Origin: Microcystis aeruginosa NIES-2549 | GTDB taxonomy: Bacteria; Cyanobacteriota; Cyanobacteriia; Cyanobacteriales; Microcystaceae | DNA: 32,000 bases | Assembly: GCF_000981785.2 (NCBI RefSeq) | Contig: NZ_CP011304.1 | Location: forward strand, 3,570,001-3,602,000 | Direction: 5' to 3' | Shown: one piece after another, positions 1 to 8,511 of the stretch | Layout: each line of letters opens with the position of its first letter | Position numbering within the stretch: the stretch's first letter is position 1 | The notes under the pieces: model-generated | What the model was told of the DNA's origin: nothing | The model's input: the letters and a program-made list of their open reading frames with translations, nothing else | The model's database searches: none | Made by a program: the position numbers and the translations under genes

Positions 1-102
1 ACCGATTTCCCGCTTAGTCGAATAGACGAAAATTGTCAACAGTGCTTGGCTTCTTATATAGTTTGAGTTCTCTTTTATCCGAGTTTATTGTTTTTTTGAC
101 CT
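1..102 (+). repeat. Conserved leader/promoter block preceding a pentapeptide-repeat gene (copy 1)
   Basis: Bases 1-102 match 736-837 with a single substitution by eye. A more diverged version lies at about 1561-1658. The window starts inside the repeat unit. Confidence 0.85.
33..62 (+). promoter_or_regulatory. Putative sigma70-type promoter of pentapeptide gene 1
   Basis: TTGTCA (33-38), about 17-18 nt spacer, then TATATA/TATAGT (55-62), about 40 nt upstream of the ATG at 103. The same bases recur upstream of gene 2. Confidence 0.3.
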
Positions 103-684
103 ATGTTACTTACGAAATTAATTTATCCGTTATTGGCTACTTGTGTAGTGGTCATTGCTATTGCCCCCAACAGCTTGGTCAATGCTGAAATTCCCGCTCA
201 TTTGGAGCGATTGAAAAAGACCAACAAATGTCCTAAATGCGATTTGCGCGGGGCGGATTTAACTGGCGCAAAGTTAAGTGGGGCTGATCTTTCAGATGCA
301 AACTTGAGTAATGCCTCACTTAAGGGAGCTTCACTTAGTGGGGCAAATTTATCAGGAGCAAATTTGACTAATGCTGACTTAGGAGGGGCAAAACTGGTAA
401 CTGCAAACCTATCAGGGGCAAATCTATCAGGAATTAAAAAAAGTCAAAGGGGATGGGAACCGTTCTCCAGTTCGGTAAACTTTAGCTCGGCTAATTTGAC
501 TAATGCCAAATTTGTAGATGCCGACGTAAGTATGTGTGATTTTCGAGGAGCAAATTTGACTAATGCTGATTTTAGAGGTGCAAATTTATGGAGGGCAAAT
601 TTAAGTGGTTCTGACACTACAGGTGCCGACTTCCGAGGAGCAAACTTTGATGATACAATTATGCCCGACGGTAGCCGTAAATGA
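103..684 (+). CDS. Secreted pentapeptide-repeat protein (paralog 1)
   Basis: Has an N-terminal hydrophobic signal-like segment and a CPKC motif. Long A(D/N)LxG-type pentapeptide repeats follow ([23 protein letters not shown]...). Conserved C-terminal TIMPDGSR. Confidence 0.9.
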   Translation: MLLTKLIYPLLATCVVVIAIAPNSLVNAEIPAHLERLKKTNKCPKCDLRGADLTGAKLSGADLSDANLSNASLKGASLSGANLSGANLTNADLGGAKLVTANLSGANLSGIKKSQRGWEPFSSSVNFSSANLTNAKFVDADVSMCDFRGANLTNADFRGANLWRANLSGSDTTGADFRGANFDDTIMPDGSRK

Positions 685-735
685 GATTAAAACAACGACA
701 TTCCGTAAAATATGGATTTGAAATCTAAACCCCTA

Positions 736-837
736 ACCGATTTCCCGCTTAGTCGAATAGACGAAAATTGTCAACAGTGCTTGGCTTCTTATATAGTTTG
801 AGTTCTTTTTTATCCGAGTTTATTGTTTTTTTGACCT
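736..837 (+). repeat. Conserved leader/promoter block (copy 2)
   Basis: Near-identical to 1-102. The predicted -35/-10 elements fall at 768-797. Confidence 0.85.
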
Positions 838-1518
838 ATGTTACTCACGAAATTAATTTATCCGTTATTGGCTACTTGTGTAGTAATCGTTGCTACTGCC
901 CCCAACAGCTTGGTCAATGCTGCAAATCCTGCTCATTTGGAGCGATTGATAAAGACCAACAAATGCCCCAAATGCGATTTGCGCGGGGCCAAATTATCTT
1001 ATGCTAAGTTGGGCTGGGCTGATCTTTCAGGAGCGAATTTAACTAATGCTTACTTGGGTGGGGCAAACTTAGTCGGTGCGAAGTTAGTCAATGCCGATTT
1101 GCGCGGGGCAGATTTAAGGCATGCAACATCATCTAGAGCTAACTTTTCGGGGGCAAATTTAAGTGATGCACAACTTTCGGACGTAAAACTAAGTTTAGCA
1201 AATCTAACAGGCACAAACTTGAGTAATTCTAATTTGCGTGATGCAACATTAGTCAGTACGAAATTAGTTAATGCTGATTTAAGAGGGGCAGATGTACGGG
1301 ATGCAAATTTCAATTCGGCAGATTTGTCAGGAGCCAAGTTTATAGATGCTGATCTACTGCTTTGTGATTTTCGAGGAGCCAATTTAACCAATGTTGACTT
1401 TCGAGGTGCAAATTTAACTGCTGCAAATTTAAGTGGTTCTGACACTACAGGTGCAGATTTCCGAGGTGCAAAATTTAGAAATACTATCATGCCTGATGGC
1501 AGTCGTAGAGGAGATTGA
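838..1518 (+). CDS. Secreted pentapeptide-repeat protein (paralog 2)
   Basis: Same signal peptide ([16 protein letters not shown]), CPKCDLRGA motif, pentapeptide repeats and C-terminal TIMPDGSR as paralog 1. Confidence 0.9.
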   Translation: MLLTKLIYPLLATCVVIVATAPNSLVNAANPAHLERLIKTNKCPKCDLRGAKLSYAKLGWADLSGANLTNAYLGGANLVGAKLVNADLRGADLRHATSSRANFSGANLSDAQLSDVKLSLANLTGTNLSNSNLRDATLVSTKLVNADLRGADVRDANFNSADLSGAKFIDADLLLCDFRGANLTNVDFRGANLTAANLSGSDTTGADFRGAKFRNTIMPDGSRRGD

Positions 1519-1658
1519 AAGGCCGAAATTCCGTAAAATCTGGATTTGGAAATCAAATACCTACCCAATTTTCTGATTAGTCGAATAGACAAAGCAAAGT
1601 CAACAATGCTTCGCTTTTTACATAGTTTGAGTTAGATATTATTGGAGTTTTTTGACCT

Positions 1659-2174
1659 ATGTTATCCACGAAATTAATTTATCCATTATTGGCTGCTTGT
1701 GTAGTGACCGTTGCTATTGTCCAAAACGGTGCTGTAAATTCCGCAAATCCTTCTCATGTGGAACGATTGAAAAAAACCGGAAACTGTCCCAGATGCGATT
1801 TACGTGGGGCAAATTTAAGTAATATTTTCCTCCAGGATGCAGACCTGAGTATGGCAAATCTCACAGGCGCAATCTTAATCAATGCTAATTTTGCCAGCGT
1901 AAAATTAGTCGGCGCAAAGTTAGTCAATGCCGATTTTACGGGAGTCAAAATTCGGGATGCCCTAAATTTTAGTTCGGCAGATTTGACAGGAGCTAAGTTT
2001 ATAGATGCCGACGTAAGTATGTGTGATTTTCGAGGAGCCAATTTAACCAATGTTGACTTTCGGGGTGCAAGTTTAAGTGGTGCAAATTTAAGTAGTGCTA
2101 ACACTACAGGTGCAGACTTCAGAGGCGCTCATTTAGAAAATACAATTATGCCTGATGGTAGTCGTCACGAATAA
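1659..2174 (+). CDS. Secreted pentapeptide-repeat protein (paralog 3)
   Basis: Same architecture: [16 protein letters not shown] signal, CPRCDLRGANL motif, pentapeptide repeats and TIMPDGSR tail. Confidence 0.9.
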   Translation: MLSTKLIYPLLAACVVTVAIVQNGAVNSANPSHVERLKKTGNCPRCDLRGANLSNIFLQDADLSMANLTGAILINANFASVKLVGAKLVNADFTGVKIRDALNFSSADLTGAKFIDADVSMCDFRGANLTNVDFRGASLSGANLSSANTTGADFRGAHLENTIMPDGSRHE

Positions 2175-2242
2175 AATTAGGGGATGTTCAGAAGAAACTA
2201 ATTCCTTTTGGTTTGTTGGTATTAATTAGTAGAAAGCATTCA

Positions 2243-2791
2243 ATGAAAATTTACTCGCAACTTATCGCTTTTCTTAGCTGTTTGGCTCTAACCGAGGGGA
2301 CTATCTTTACAACGCCTTCTTTGGCTAATAGATTGCCCGTTTCTGCTAAGTGTCAAGCTTCTTTAGATAGAACGCAAGCTAAATTGAAGAAAGCTAAGGC
2401 ATGGAGTTGGCAACAAGATGTTAATGGTGGGAAAGCACCATCTGAATTTAGTATAGAGACTCTAAATTCATCAAATGAATTCACGTGGATTCAATATAAT
2501 GGACGAAACAATCCTTGGAAAGCAACCAGAAATAAGATAGTACAAATAACAGTCGGTGAACCAGGATTAAACAATGTTGGCAATTCCCCCAAATTTATGG
2601 AATCAATCAGTCAAGACATCATACTTTCCTGTTCGGATGTTGTATTGATTAAGTTTTGGCTAGGATATAAGTGGGGACCAGAAGTCGGTCTTCTTCAAGA
2701 TGGAAATGTTAGAGTTTTTGAATGTTTGAGTGAGAATAATAGGAATTATGGTGAAGGTTTTCCTTGGGGATATGATGATTGTTGCTGCTAG
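2243..2791 (+). CDS. Hypothetical exported protein ending in -DDCCC
   Basis: The track ORF starts at TTG 2213. ATG 2243 gives MKIYSQLIAFLSCLALTEG..PSLA, which is signal-peptide-like. The last three codons, TGT TGC TGC (2780-2788), precede the stop. I recognise no family. Confidence 0.6.
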   Translation: MKIYSQLIAFLSCLALTEGTIFTTPSLANRLPVSAKCQASLDRTQAKLKKAKAWSWQQDVNGGKAPSEFSIETLNSSNEFTWIQYNGRNNPWKATRNKIVQITVGEPGLNNVGNSPKFMESISQDIILSCSDVVLIKFWLGYKWGPEVGLLQDGNVRVFECLSENNRNYGEGFPWGYDDCCC

Positions 2792-2904
2792 TTATTAGAC
2801 ATCTCCAAAAATTATCACCGGCTCATAGCTTGCTTTGGGGCTGTGTACTAACTAAACAGTTCAATGGGTGAAATTTGTATCTATCGTTTCTAAATTGAAA
2901 AAAC

Positions 2905-3402
2905 ATGGGACAATTAAAATCATTACCTAGAAAGATTTGTAGTCTTGAGTTAGTGTTATGTCGAGGTCTATTCAATATGCGATTACCCTGTACACTAGCC
3001 GCTTTTGCCACTTACATTCCAGCAGTATATATTCCAATACTTTTGCTAACTTTTGCTCGGCCTCCTTGGGATAGATGGCGATTCCTCGGTGGGGCATTAG
3101 TCATCGTTTTCTTGGTTCTTCTTACAGTCGCTCGCTTGCAATTGGGAAATTCTTTTTCTGTAACTGCTCAGGCTAAAAAACTTGTTACTACGGGAATTTA
3201 TTCACGAATACGCCATCCCATTTACATATTTTCCTCTGTAATTGTATTAGGTTTCGCTTTCTACTTTAAAACTTCTTGGATTGCGTCGCTCTTAATTGTT
3301 ATTTTGCCCGTGCAGTTTTTTCGAGCTTGTCGGGAAGAAAAAGTTTTAATCAGGGCTTTTGGTGAAACCTATTTATTCTATAGAAATACAACTTGGTTCT
3401 AA
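2905..3402 (+). CDS. ICMT/PEMT-family membrane methyltransferase (isoprenylcysteine carboxyl methyltransferase-like)
   Basis: Multi-TM protein carrying the family signature RIRHPIYIF...CREEKVLIRAFGETYLFYRNTTW (RHPxY and EE..L...FG..Y..Y). The start could instead be ATG 2977. Confidence 0.7.
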   Translation: MGQLKSLPRKICSLELVLCRGLFNMRLPCTLAAFATYIPAVYIPILLLTFARPPWDRWRFLGGALVIVFLVLLTVARLQLGNSFSVTAQAKKLVTTGIYSRIRHPIYIFSSVIVLGFAFYFKTSWIASLLIVILPVQFFRACREEKVLIRAFGETYLFYRNTTWF

Positions 3403-3472
3403 AGTATTTTCTCTCTTTCAGGCGATCAATTAACCCAAAAATATAAATCTTGAAACAGGACAAGGACAAAAT

Positions 3473-3871
3473 ATGTCAGACTACTCTCCAAAGCCAAATC
3501 CAGGAAACTACCAATATCGTGAAGACTATCTTAGAGATAAACGAGAATGGGATAAAAAAGAGCGACAAGCCGATATCGAAGCGATTCAAGGGGTTAGAGA
3601 AATTTCCGCTCGTCCTTGGTTTCAGAAATTAAGTCTTTTTCTCGGCCATGTAGTTTTTTTTGCTATGCTTTCCGTATCTATATTTGACCAAGAGCGAAGA
3701 GCAGATTTTTTAGAAATGATCGCTGACCCAAATCCGCTATTGAGCATTGCAAAGGCCATAGGGTTCATTTTGTTTTTGTATATCATGTGTATAGTCATTT
3801 CACCTTTTCTAGCTATTCTAGCTGTAGTAGGCATAGGAATTTTAGCATTTGTGTTACCGTTTATGTTATAA
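3473..3871 (+). CDS. Hypothetical small membrane protein
   Basis: 132-aa ORF with a charged N-terminal part and then 2-3 hydrophobic helices. ATG start. Confidence 0.55.
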   Translation: MSDYSPKPNPGNYQYREDYLRDKREWDKKERQADIEAIQGVREISARPWFQKLSLFLGHVVFFAMLSVSIFDQERRADFLEMIADPNPLLSIAKAIGFILFLYIMCIVISPFLAILAVVGIGILAFVLPFML

Positions 3872-4105
3872 AATTTATGTTAATAGTGAGGCGTAAATTT
3901 TTATAGCAAAAAGACAGGAGATAATGCACGATTAGGTCATATTTGGCTAGTCCTTTAAAGTTGACTTTGAACTTGCAGATCAATATCGATTATATTCTTG
4001 TTGATTTAGATGGAAACACAACGTTTTAAGTTAAGCGGATCACTTTTAAACACGCTCTAAACTAATAACCAATTTGATGATCTCGTAAACAAGAGGAGTT
4101 AAATT

Positions 4106-4204
4106 ATGTCTCATTATCCCGAACCGAAAAGAGGAGAAAATGAAAAAGATTATGAATATTGGGAGCCAGAAATGTTGAATCTCGTAACAAAACTTTACAT
4201 TTAA
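4106..4204 (+). CDS. Possible 32-aa ORF (MSHYPEPKRGENEKDYEYWEPEMLNLVTKLYI)
   Basis: Strong SD AAGAGGAG lies 7 nt upstream. The N-terminus resembles that of the 3473 gene (MSDYSPKPNPGNYQY). It is too short to be sure. Confidence 0.2.
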   Translation: MSHYPEPKRGENEKDYEYWEPEMLNLVTKLYI

Positions 4205-4232
4205 GAACATGACAACCCCAGAACGCCATTTT

Positions 4233-4430
4233 TCAGATTGAATAGACAATTTTCCTAAACCAGTGTACATAGCTGATATGTTGACACATAAAACTCTGTA
4301 AATAGCGCAATTTATCTAATAAGCTTTTGCCATGCAAAATTAAATAAGCGATGATACAGCTATAAATTTGTATCCGAATTCCTCTCTTGTTTTTTGTGAT
4401 TAAACGGTCAAGCTTTAGGTGCATTTTTAA
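4233..4430 (-). pseudogene. C-terminal remnant of an IS4-like DDE transposase
   Basis: The minus-strand translation contains KNKRGIRIQIYSCIIAYLIL, typical of the IS4-family C-terminal helix. No intact ORF remains. Confidence 0.3.
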
Positions 4431-4593
4431 GGTTCTTCCGAACTTACACTGTAGAAAATTCCTCAAGCTCCCTCTCTGCCCAGCAAGGCTCTAAAGTTGA
4501 TAAATATCAATTTAATAAAAACTCAAAGCCTTAATATATAAGCTTTTTAAGCATGAGTTGTTGATAGTTTTACATGACAGGTTCGGTAGAGCC
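4431..4593. mobile_element. 163-bp MITE derived from the ISL3-family IS at 29856-31272 (copy 1)
   Basis: Its termini are GGTTCTTCCGAACTTACACTGTAGAAAA and TTTTACATGACAGGTTCGGTAGAGCC, which match the IS inverted repeats. It is about 92% identical by eye to the reverse complement of 11771-11933. No target duplication is visible. Confidence 0.8.
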
Positions 4594-4819
4594 AAAAAAT
4601 TAAGGATATGGGAATCCAAAAATATGTCACAAGACCTGAAAAAAGATATAAAGGTCAACGCAGACACAGCAGTTTTTATGTGGGTCAACATCTCTATCAT
4701 TGGCTCCAGCTACATCAAATGTTCCAAAAAAATATAGAAGAGCTAATGCAAATTAGCCGCTATCGGTTGAAGGATTACATTAAAGGACAAAGAGCGATAG
4801 CGCTTGCCTTATCTACCTT

Positions 4820-5065
4820 CTAGCTCGCTTGTCCCCCTCTCCGGCAGGGTTTAACTGAAAATGGTGGTTATATTGAGCCGCAGGAACAACCGAAGCATCC
4901 CGATGATTTACCGTAGTGACTTCATTATAAACTTCTTGGGGAATGATAATTTTGCCAAAGAGTTTTTGGAGTAAGTTAAGTTGACCAACTTTGCCTTTTT
5001 CTCATACTCTCAAATCCCTAGTAAACCCTGAAACCCGATGCCAAGCTTGCTCATCTTCTTCTGTA
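4820..5065 (-). pseudogene. Degenerate PIN-like (DUF3368-type) toxin gene remnant
   Basis: The minus strand reads GKVGQLNLLQKLFGKIIIPQEVYNEVTT, matching the N-terminal motif of DUF3368/PIN proteins. An in-frame TGA lies upstream, and a frameshifted ..SAIAL.. motif lies downstream. Confidence 0.35.
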
Positions 5066-6145
5066 TCAACGGGCATTACATCCCTCTAAGAACTCCAATA
5101 ACTTTTCTTCCCAAGGGTTCAGGTAGGGACGTTTCAAAGAACCCAACGTTTCTAGAATAGCCCTCACCGTCTCCTCTTTCCCTAACGACCGGAGTTCAAC
5201 CAGACGATCGCTCAGTCGTTGCATATTTTGCCGGTGGTCGGGGGAATACTGCAAATCCCTTAAATTCTCCTCTCTAACGGTATATTCACCGTTCCAAGTC
5301 CGCACCAGACAGGAAAATTCTCTCACCTCGATCACGATACACCAACAACCACCCAATCCTCTCAGTTCGGGGTTATCTTTGATCAGGATTTCGCAAACAT
5401 CACCGACCCGGTAGGGTATGGGAATTTTGGTTCGCTCCAGGATGCGCTGTACGATATCCTTGACGATGCGACCAGACGGCACTTTACCACCAGCAGCTTC
5501 TACCGCCTGCTGCCACACTTCTCTCTGTTGGTCTGGTTCCAGTTGGATCAAAGGGCGCACTTGTCTTTCATTCGTCGGTAGAACTTCCACCAATGGTGGA
5601 ACTTTATCACTAGAGTCACCCAAAAGTTCCACCAATGGTGGAACTTTTGCTAAAAGATTGTCAACCACACCGGTAGCCTCGATCAGTTGGTACGAGCGCG
5701 ACTGTTTCATCCCGAATCGGTCTTGAACGTACTCCTCAAAAGTCTTGTGGGTAGAACGGTACAGTCGTCTATCCCGCAGTTCCTTCAAGGCTGTTCCCGC
5801 CTCATAGAAAGCCCTTTCTACCTTGCGTTCCCAGAACAGACGTTGACGTTCCTCTTCTGGTGTCAGGTCATCTACCAATTCTACCCGTACTGATTGCGGG
5901 GGAAACAGATCCAGTTCCAAGTTGACCGCCCCTTCCGGTTCGGGTGGCAGCCGTTTACGGTTCTTTTTAGCCCAATCATCCAGCCACACCCGGGGCGAGG
6001 CGAACTTGGTGGTGGCCTTAACGGGAATATCGAGGACAAAACCGTTCGCACTGACGGTGCGCTTGGCACTAAAAGAATTGTACTCAAAACGCCACTCTAA
6101 CCCGTAGGCTGTCCAGATTTGCGGAGAGCGAGACCAGATGTTCAC
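5066..6145 (-). CDS. Plasmid/phage-type DNA-binding protein with a ParB/KorB-like HTH region
   Basis: Contains TFEEYVQDRFGMKQSRSYQLIEATGVVDNL...LPTNERQVRPL..LEPDQQREVWQQAVE, a motif series I know from ParB-like HTH proteins of plasmids and phages. The C-terminal part looks SH3/KOW-like. No N-terminal ParB CTPase box was recognised. Confidence 0.6.
   Translation of the reverse strand: MNIWSRSPQIWTAYGLEWRFEYNSFSAKRTVSANGFVLDIPVKATTKFASPRVWLDDWAKKNRKRLPPEPEGAVNLELDLFPPQSVRVELVDDLTPEEERQRLFWERKVERAFYEAGTALKELRDRRLYRSTHKTFEEYVQDRFGMKQSRSYQLIEATGVVDNLLAKVPPLVELLGDSSDKVPPLVEVLPTNERQVRPLIQLEPDQQREVWQQAVEAAGGKVPSGRIVKDIVQRILERTKIPIPYRVGDVCEILIKDNPELRGLGGCWCIVIEVREFSCLVRTWNGEYTVREENLRDLQYSPDHRQNMQRLSDRLVELRSLGKEETVRAILETLGSLKRPYLNPWEEKLLEFLEGCNAR
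5622..5648. promoter_or_regulatory. Perfect 27-bp palindrome (12-bp arms, 3-nt spacer) with parS-like half-sites
   Basis: Sequence is AAAAGTTCCACC-AAT-GGTGGAACTTTT. A weaker copy lies 42 bp away (core 5585-5601). Both are inside the ParB-like CDS. Confidence 0.5.
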
Positions 6146-6261
6146 GCCATTACCTCCCGACTACTTGACTATTTACAGTCGCAAAGTTTGTTTTTTTCAA
6201 CCAGTGATATTAATATTATAAGTGATAGAATAGACGATAACAATAGTTTTTCTGAGAGGTT

Positions 6262-6582
6262 GTGGACGTGGTGAAACAGAAGAAAGCGGTGATGATTCCC
6301 GTCGAGATGGTCGAGACTATCTCATGGTCGGAGGAGGCGGGATTGAAGTTAAAGGAGATTCGGGAGGGACAGGGACTATCTCGAAACAAGTTGGTAAATA
6401 AGATCAGGGATGCCGGTCGGGACATCTCCCCCCAGCACATCCAAAAGTTGGAGACTGGTTTCAAGGCAATAACGGGAGAAAGTCAGACGGCCAAGAGTGT
6501 CGGCACGGCTACCCTCCGAGCGATTCTCGACGCTTTGGATTACCCGCTCGATCGATTTCTCACCGAAATCGGTCACAAGTAA
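6262..6582 (+). CDS. XRE-family helix-turn-helix transcriptional regulator
   Basis: GLKLKEIREGQGLSRNKLVNKIRDAGRDISPQHIQKLETG fits the HTH_3 pattern. It is divergent from the ParB-like gene. GTG starts at 6262/6268/6271 are all possible (SD GAGAGG at 6254-6259). Confidence 0.75.
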   Translation: MDVVKQKKAVMIPVEMVETISWSEEAGLKLKEIREGQGLSRNKLVNKIRDAGRDISPQHIQKLETGFKAITGESQTAKSVGTATLRAILDALDYPLDRFLTEIGHK

Positions 6583-6780
6583 ACCACCTGAGTGCCTTTT
6601 TAATCCCCGAACCAAACCGACGATAACTTCCGAAATTCTTTTGGTTCCAATTGAAGCCTTTTTTTTAGGGACTATACTAGATTTATCCGTTGGTTCCGCA
6701 TACTTATCCACTGTTTCAGCTTTTTGTCCCCTCGATTCGGTATTTATTTTTTATTCTTAACCCCTCGGAGATGAAAAATT

Positions 6781-7395
6781 ATGCAACAAGCCGCCTCGTT
6801 ACCCGATCGCTACCGAATAGGAAAAACCCAGTTTTACGAACGCCGTCAGCACCTGATCCGCTTGGGTTACGCCATGGAGGCCGAGAAACACGGCCGAAAC
6901 AGCTACTACAGTGATGAACAGATTAAAATATTCGATGACCTAAACACCCACTATCGGAAATGGGGTACTCTCGAAGGTTTTCCGAGTGCTACCCCCGAAA
7001 TCGCTGATAACCAGACCGAAACCGAGAAAAATTCCCCCGTAACTAACGTGCAGACGGGATTAGTTCAGCGAGAGAGTGAAAAAGTAATAAACGATTCCGT
7101 CGATGCCGAAGAAATCTTCGTTGATACCAATCCCTTAGAAGACATTCAAGAGGATAATTTTCGTCGTGTGGATGAGGCCGCCCAGTTTGCCGCCGCCCAG
7201 AATCTCGTCGCTTTCAACTACCTGACCGTCAACTACATGAAAGAACGCAATTTCAGCGTCCCCGGTCTAACGTCACAGGTAGAAAAATCTGGTCGCGTGG
7301 TCGAGGAGTCCCTCGATTCTCTTAAACAGTCCCCGGAATTAATCGCAAAGAAGCTGATCCAACGTACCAAGAAGGAACCAGAACAGATGACCTAA
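6781..7395 (+). CDS. Hypothetical protein (acidic, island-encoded)
   Basis: 204-aa ORF with an ATG preceded by GGAG. Composition is protein-like. No family recognised. Confidence 0.55.
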   Translation: MQQAASLPDRYRIGKTQFYERRQHLIRLGYAMEAEKHGRNSYYSDEQIKIFDDLNTHYRKWGTLEGFPSATPEIADNQTETEKNSPVTNVQTGLVQRESEKVINDSVDAEEIFVDTNPLEDIQEDNFRRVDEAAQFAAAQNLVAFNYLTVNYMKERNFSVPGLTSQVEKSGRVVEESLDSLKQSPELIAKKLIQRTKKEPEQMT

Positions 7396-7689
7396 CCTTG
7401 ATCCTACAGGGTGCGATCAATCGAGAACGCCGTCGTCTGTTACATTGGTTTCTCATCTGTCAGATCACGGGATTGTTATCTGGTGGGGTCATATCCATTT
7501 CTCTTAAAGGTGAACCCCTATCGGGAGCGGGTTGGGGATTGGGCATCGGTAATCTCCATTTCGGGGTGTCCGTCGGTTTTCTATCGAAAAAATAGTCCTC
7601 ACCCGATAATCATGCTTAAGGTTGCGACCACACAGTTGCCGTGAGACTTCAGACGTTTGACAAAATGAACGTCCGATCACCTCATCCTG

Positions 7690-7881
7690 TCATATCATCT
7701 CCTTACCACCCGGCCCGCTTTCAACAAAATCGAGTATGTCTTCTGGATACTGAAAGTCTTCTGGGATGCTGGCCAACAATCGATCGAGTGTTGGATTGCA
7801 TGGCTTCTCTGTGAGTTCAACGATTGAATTCTCGTCAAGTCCGAAGCTTTCAGCGATCTTGCGGGGAATTTCGATATCCAT
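7690..7881 (-). CDS. AbrB/MazE/SpoVT-family antitoxin-like protein (N-terminally short)
   Basis: IEIPRKIAESFGLDENSIVELTEK....TLDRLLASIPEDF...D....G.E matches the MazE/PemI pattern. It lacks the first beta-strand unless an upstream non-ATG start is used. Confidence 0.6.
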   Translation of the reverse strand: MDIEIPRKIAESFGLDENSIVELTEKPCNPTLDRLLASIPEDFQYPEDILDFVESGPGGKEMI

Positions 7882-8180
7882 GATCTTCTTGTCCGATAAA
7901 GTTAGAAAATTAACCTTAAATACTTATTTAATTCAGTTATCGGTCAAATAAAGGTAAATAACTGCAATTTTTCCCTTAATTAATCGCATTTAGACCTTTT
8001 TTCTGCACCAGAGACAGCAGTTTTAATGCGAGTCCGGCTGGATGTTTCTCTCCCCTTTTAAGCTCCTTTTTCTTTCCAGGCTATGAGGTAACGACGATCA
8101 GATTTTCAGTCATTTTTATTTCTATTCTATCATCACCGTCAAATGGTAATGTCAAACAATGTTTAACGGATTGTGGAACC

Positions 8181-8363
8181 ATGAGATCGAAATCCATCGG
8201 GGTGAGGATTCCCGACGCGATCAACGAACGCTTTGAGAGTTACGGACGGCGGCATTTTCCCAAGGGGGACAGTTTCGACAAGACAAAAACCGCCCTCGAC
8301 CTCATCTGCAAGGGATTGGAATGTTCTCCCGACCAAGAGAACGATATTAGACCTCTTGCATAA
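8181..8363 (+). CDS. Possible ribbon-helix-helix (CopG-like) DNA-binding protein
   Basis: KSIGVRIPDAINERFESYGRR...FDKTKTALDLICKGL fits a strand-helix-helix pattern. Only 60 aa. Confidence 0.35.
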   Translation: MRSKSIGVRIPDAINERFESYGRRHFPKGDSFDKTKTALDLICKGLECSPDQENDIRPLA

Positions 8364-8483
8364 ATCCGAAAACAAACGATAGAAACAATAATGGGAGGGA
8401 CTTTCAGTTAATTATTTATTAGTAGTTGATAATCTTCAAAAATGTTGCTGTACAAGGATCGACTTAAGACTTTTGCAAGAGGT

Positions 8484-8511
8484 TTACTGGTTACTGTTGA
8501 CTGTTAGCTGT
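8484..8511. repeat. Four tandem degenerate heptamers (TTACTGG TTACTGT TGACTGT TAGCTGT)
   Basis: Read directly from the non-coding stretch 8364-8715 of the island. Confidence 0.6.

Noticed and set aside
768-1007. Plus-strand ORF of 79 aa overlapping the leader block and the start of pentapeptide paralog 2
   Set aside because: It is out of frame with the supported gene and spans the conserved promoter/leader. It also has low-complexity Cys-rich composition.
1050-2104. Long minus-strand ORFs (1050-1592, 1754-2104) with KFAPRKS-type repeats
   Set aside because: They are antisense shadows of the pentapeptide-repeat genes. The periodic 15-nt repeat keeps the opposite strand open. There is no start context, and they fully overlap well-supported plus-strand genes.
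2823-3011. 62-aa minus-strand ORF between the CCC-tail gene and the methyltransferase gene
   Set aside because: It overlaps the start of the methyltransferase gene and has no SD or family signal.
5418-6107. Short ORFs on both strands inside the ParB-like gene
   Set aside because: They are nested within the 359-aa ORF, which has recognisable motifs. None has independent support.
7400-7689. MazF/PemK-type toxin gene downstream of the MazE-like antitoxin
   Set aside because: I translated all three minus-strand frames. Only short fragments remain, interrupted by several stops, and there is no intact ORF. I treat the antitoxin as orphan, and the weak similarity could be imagined.
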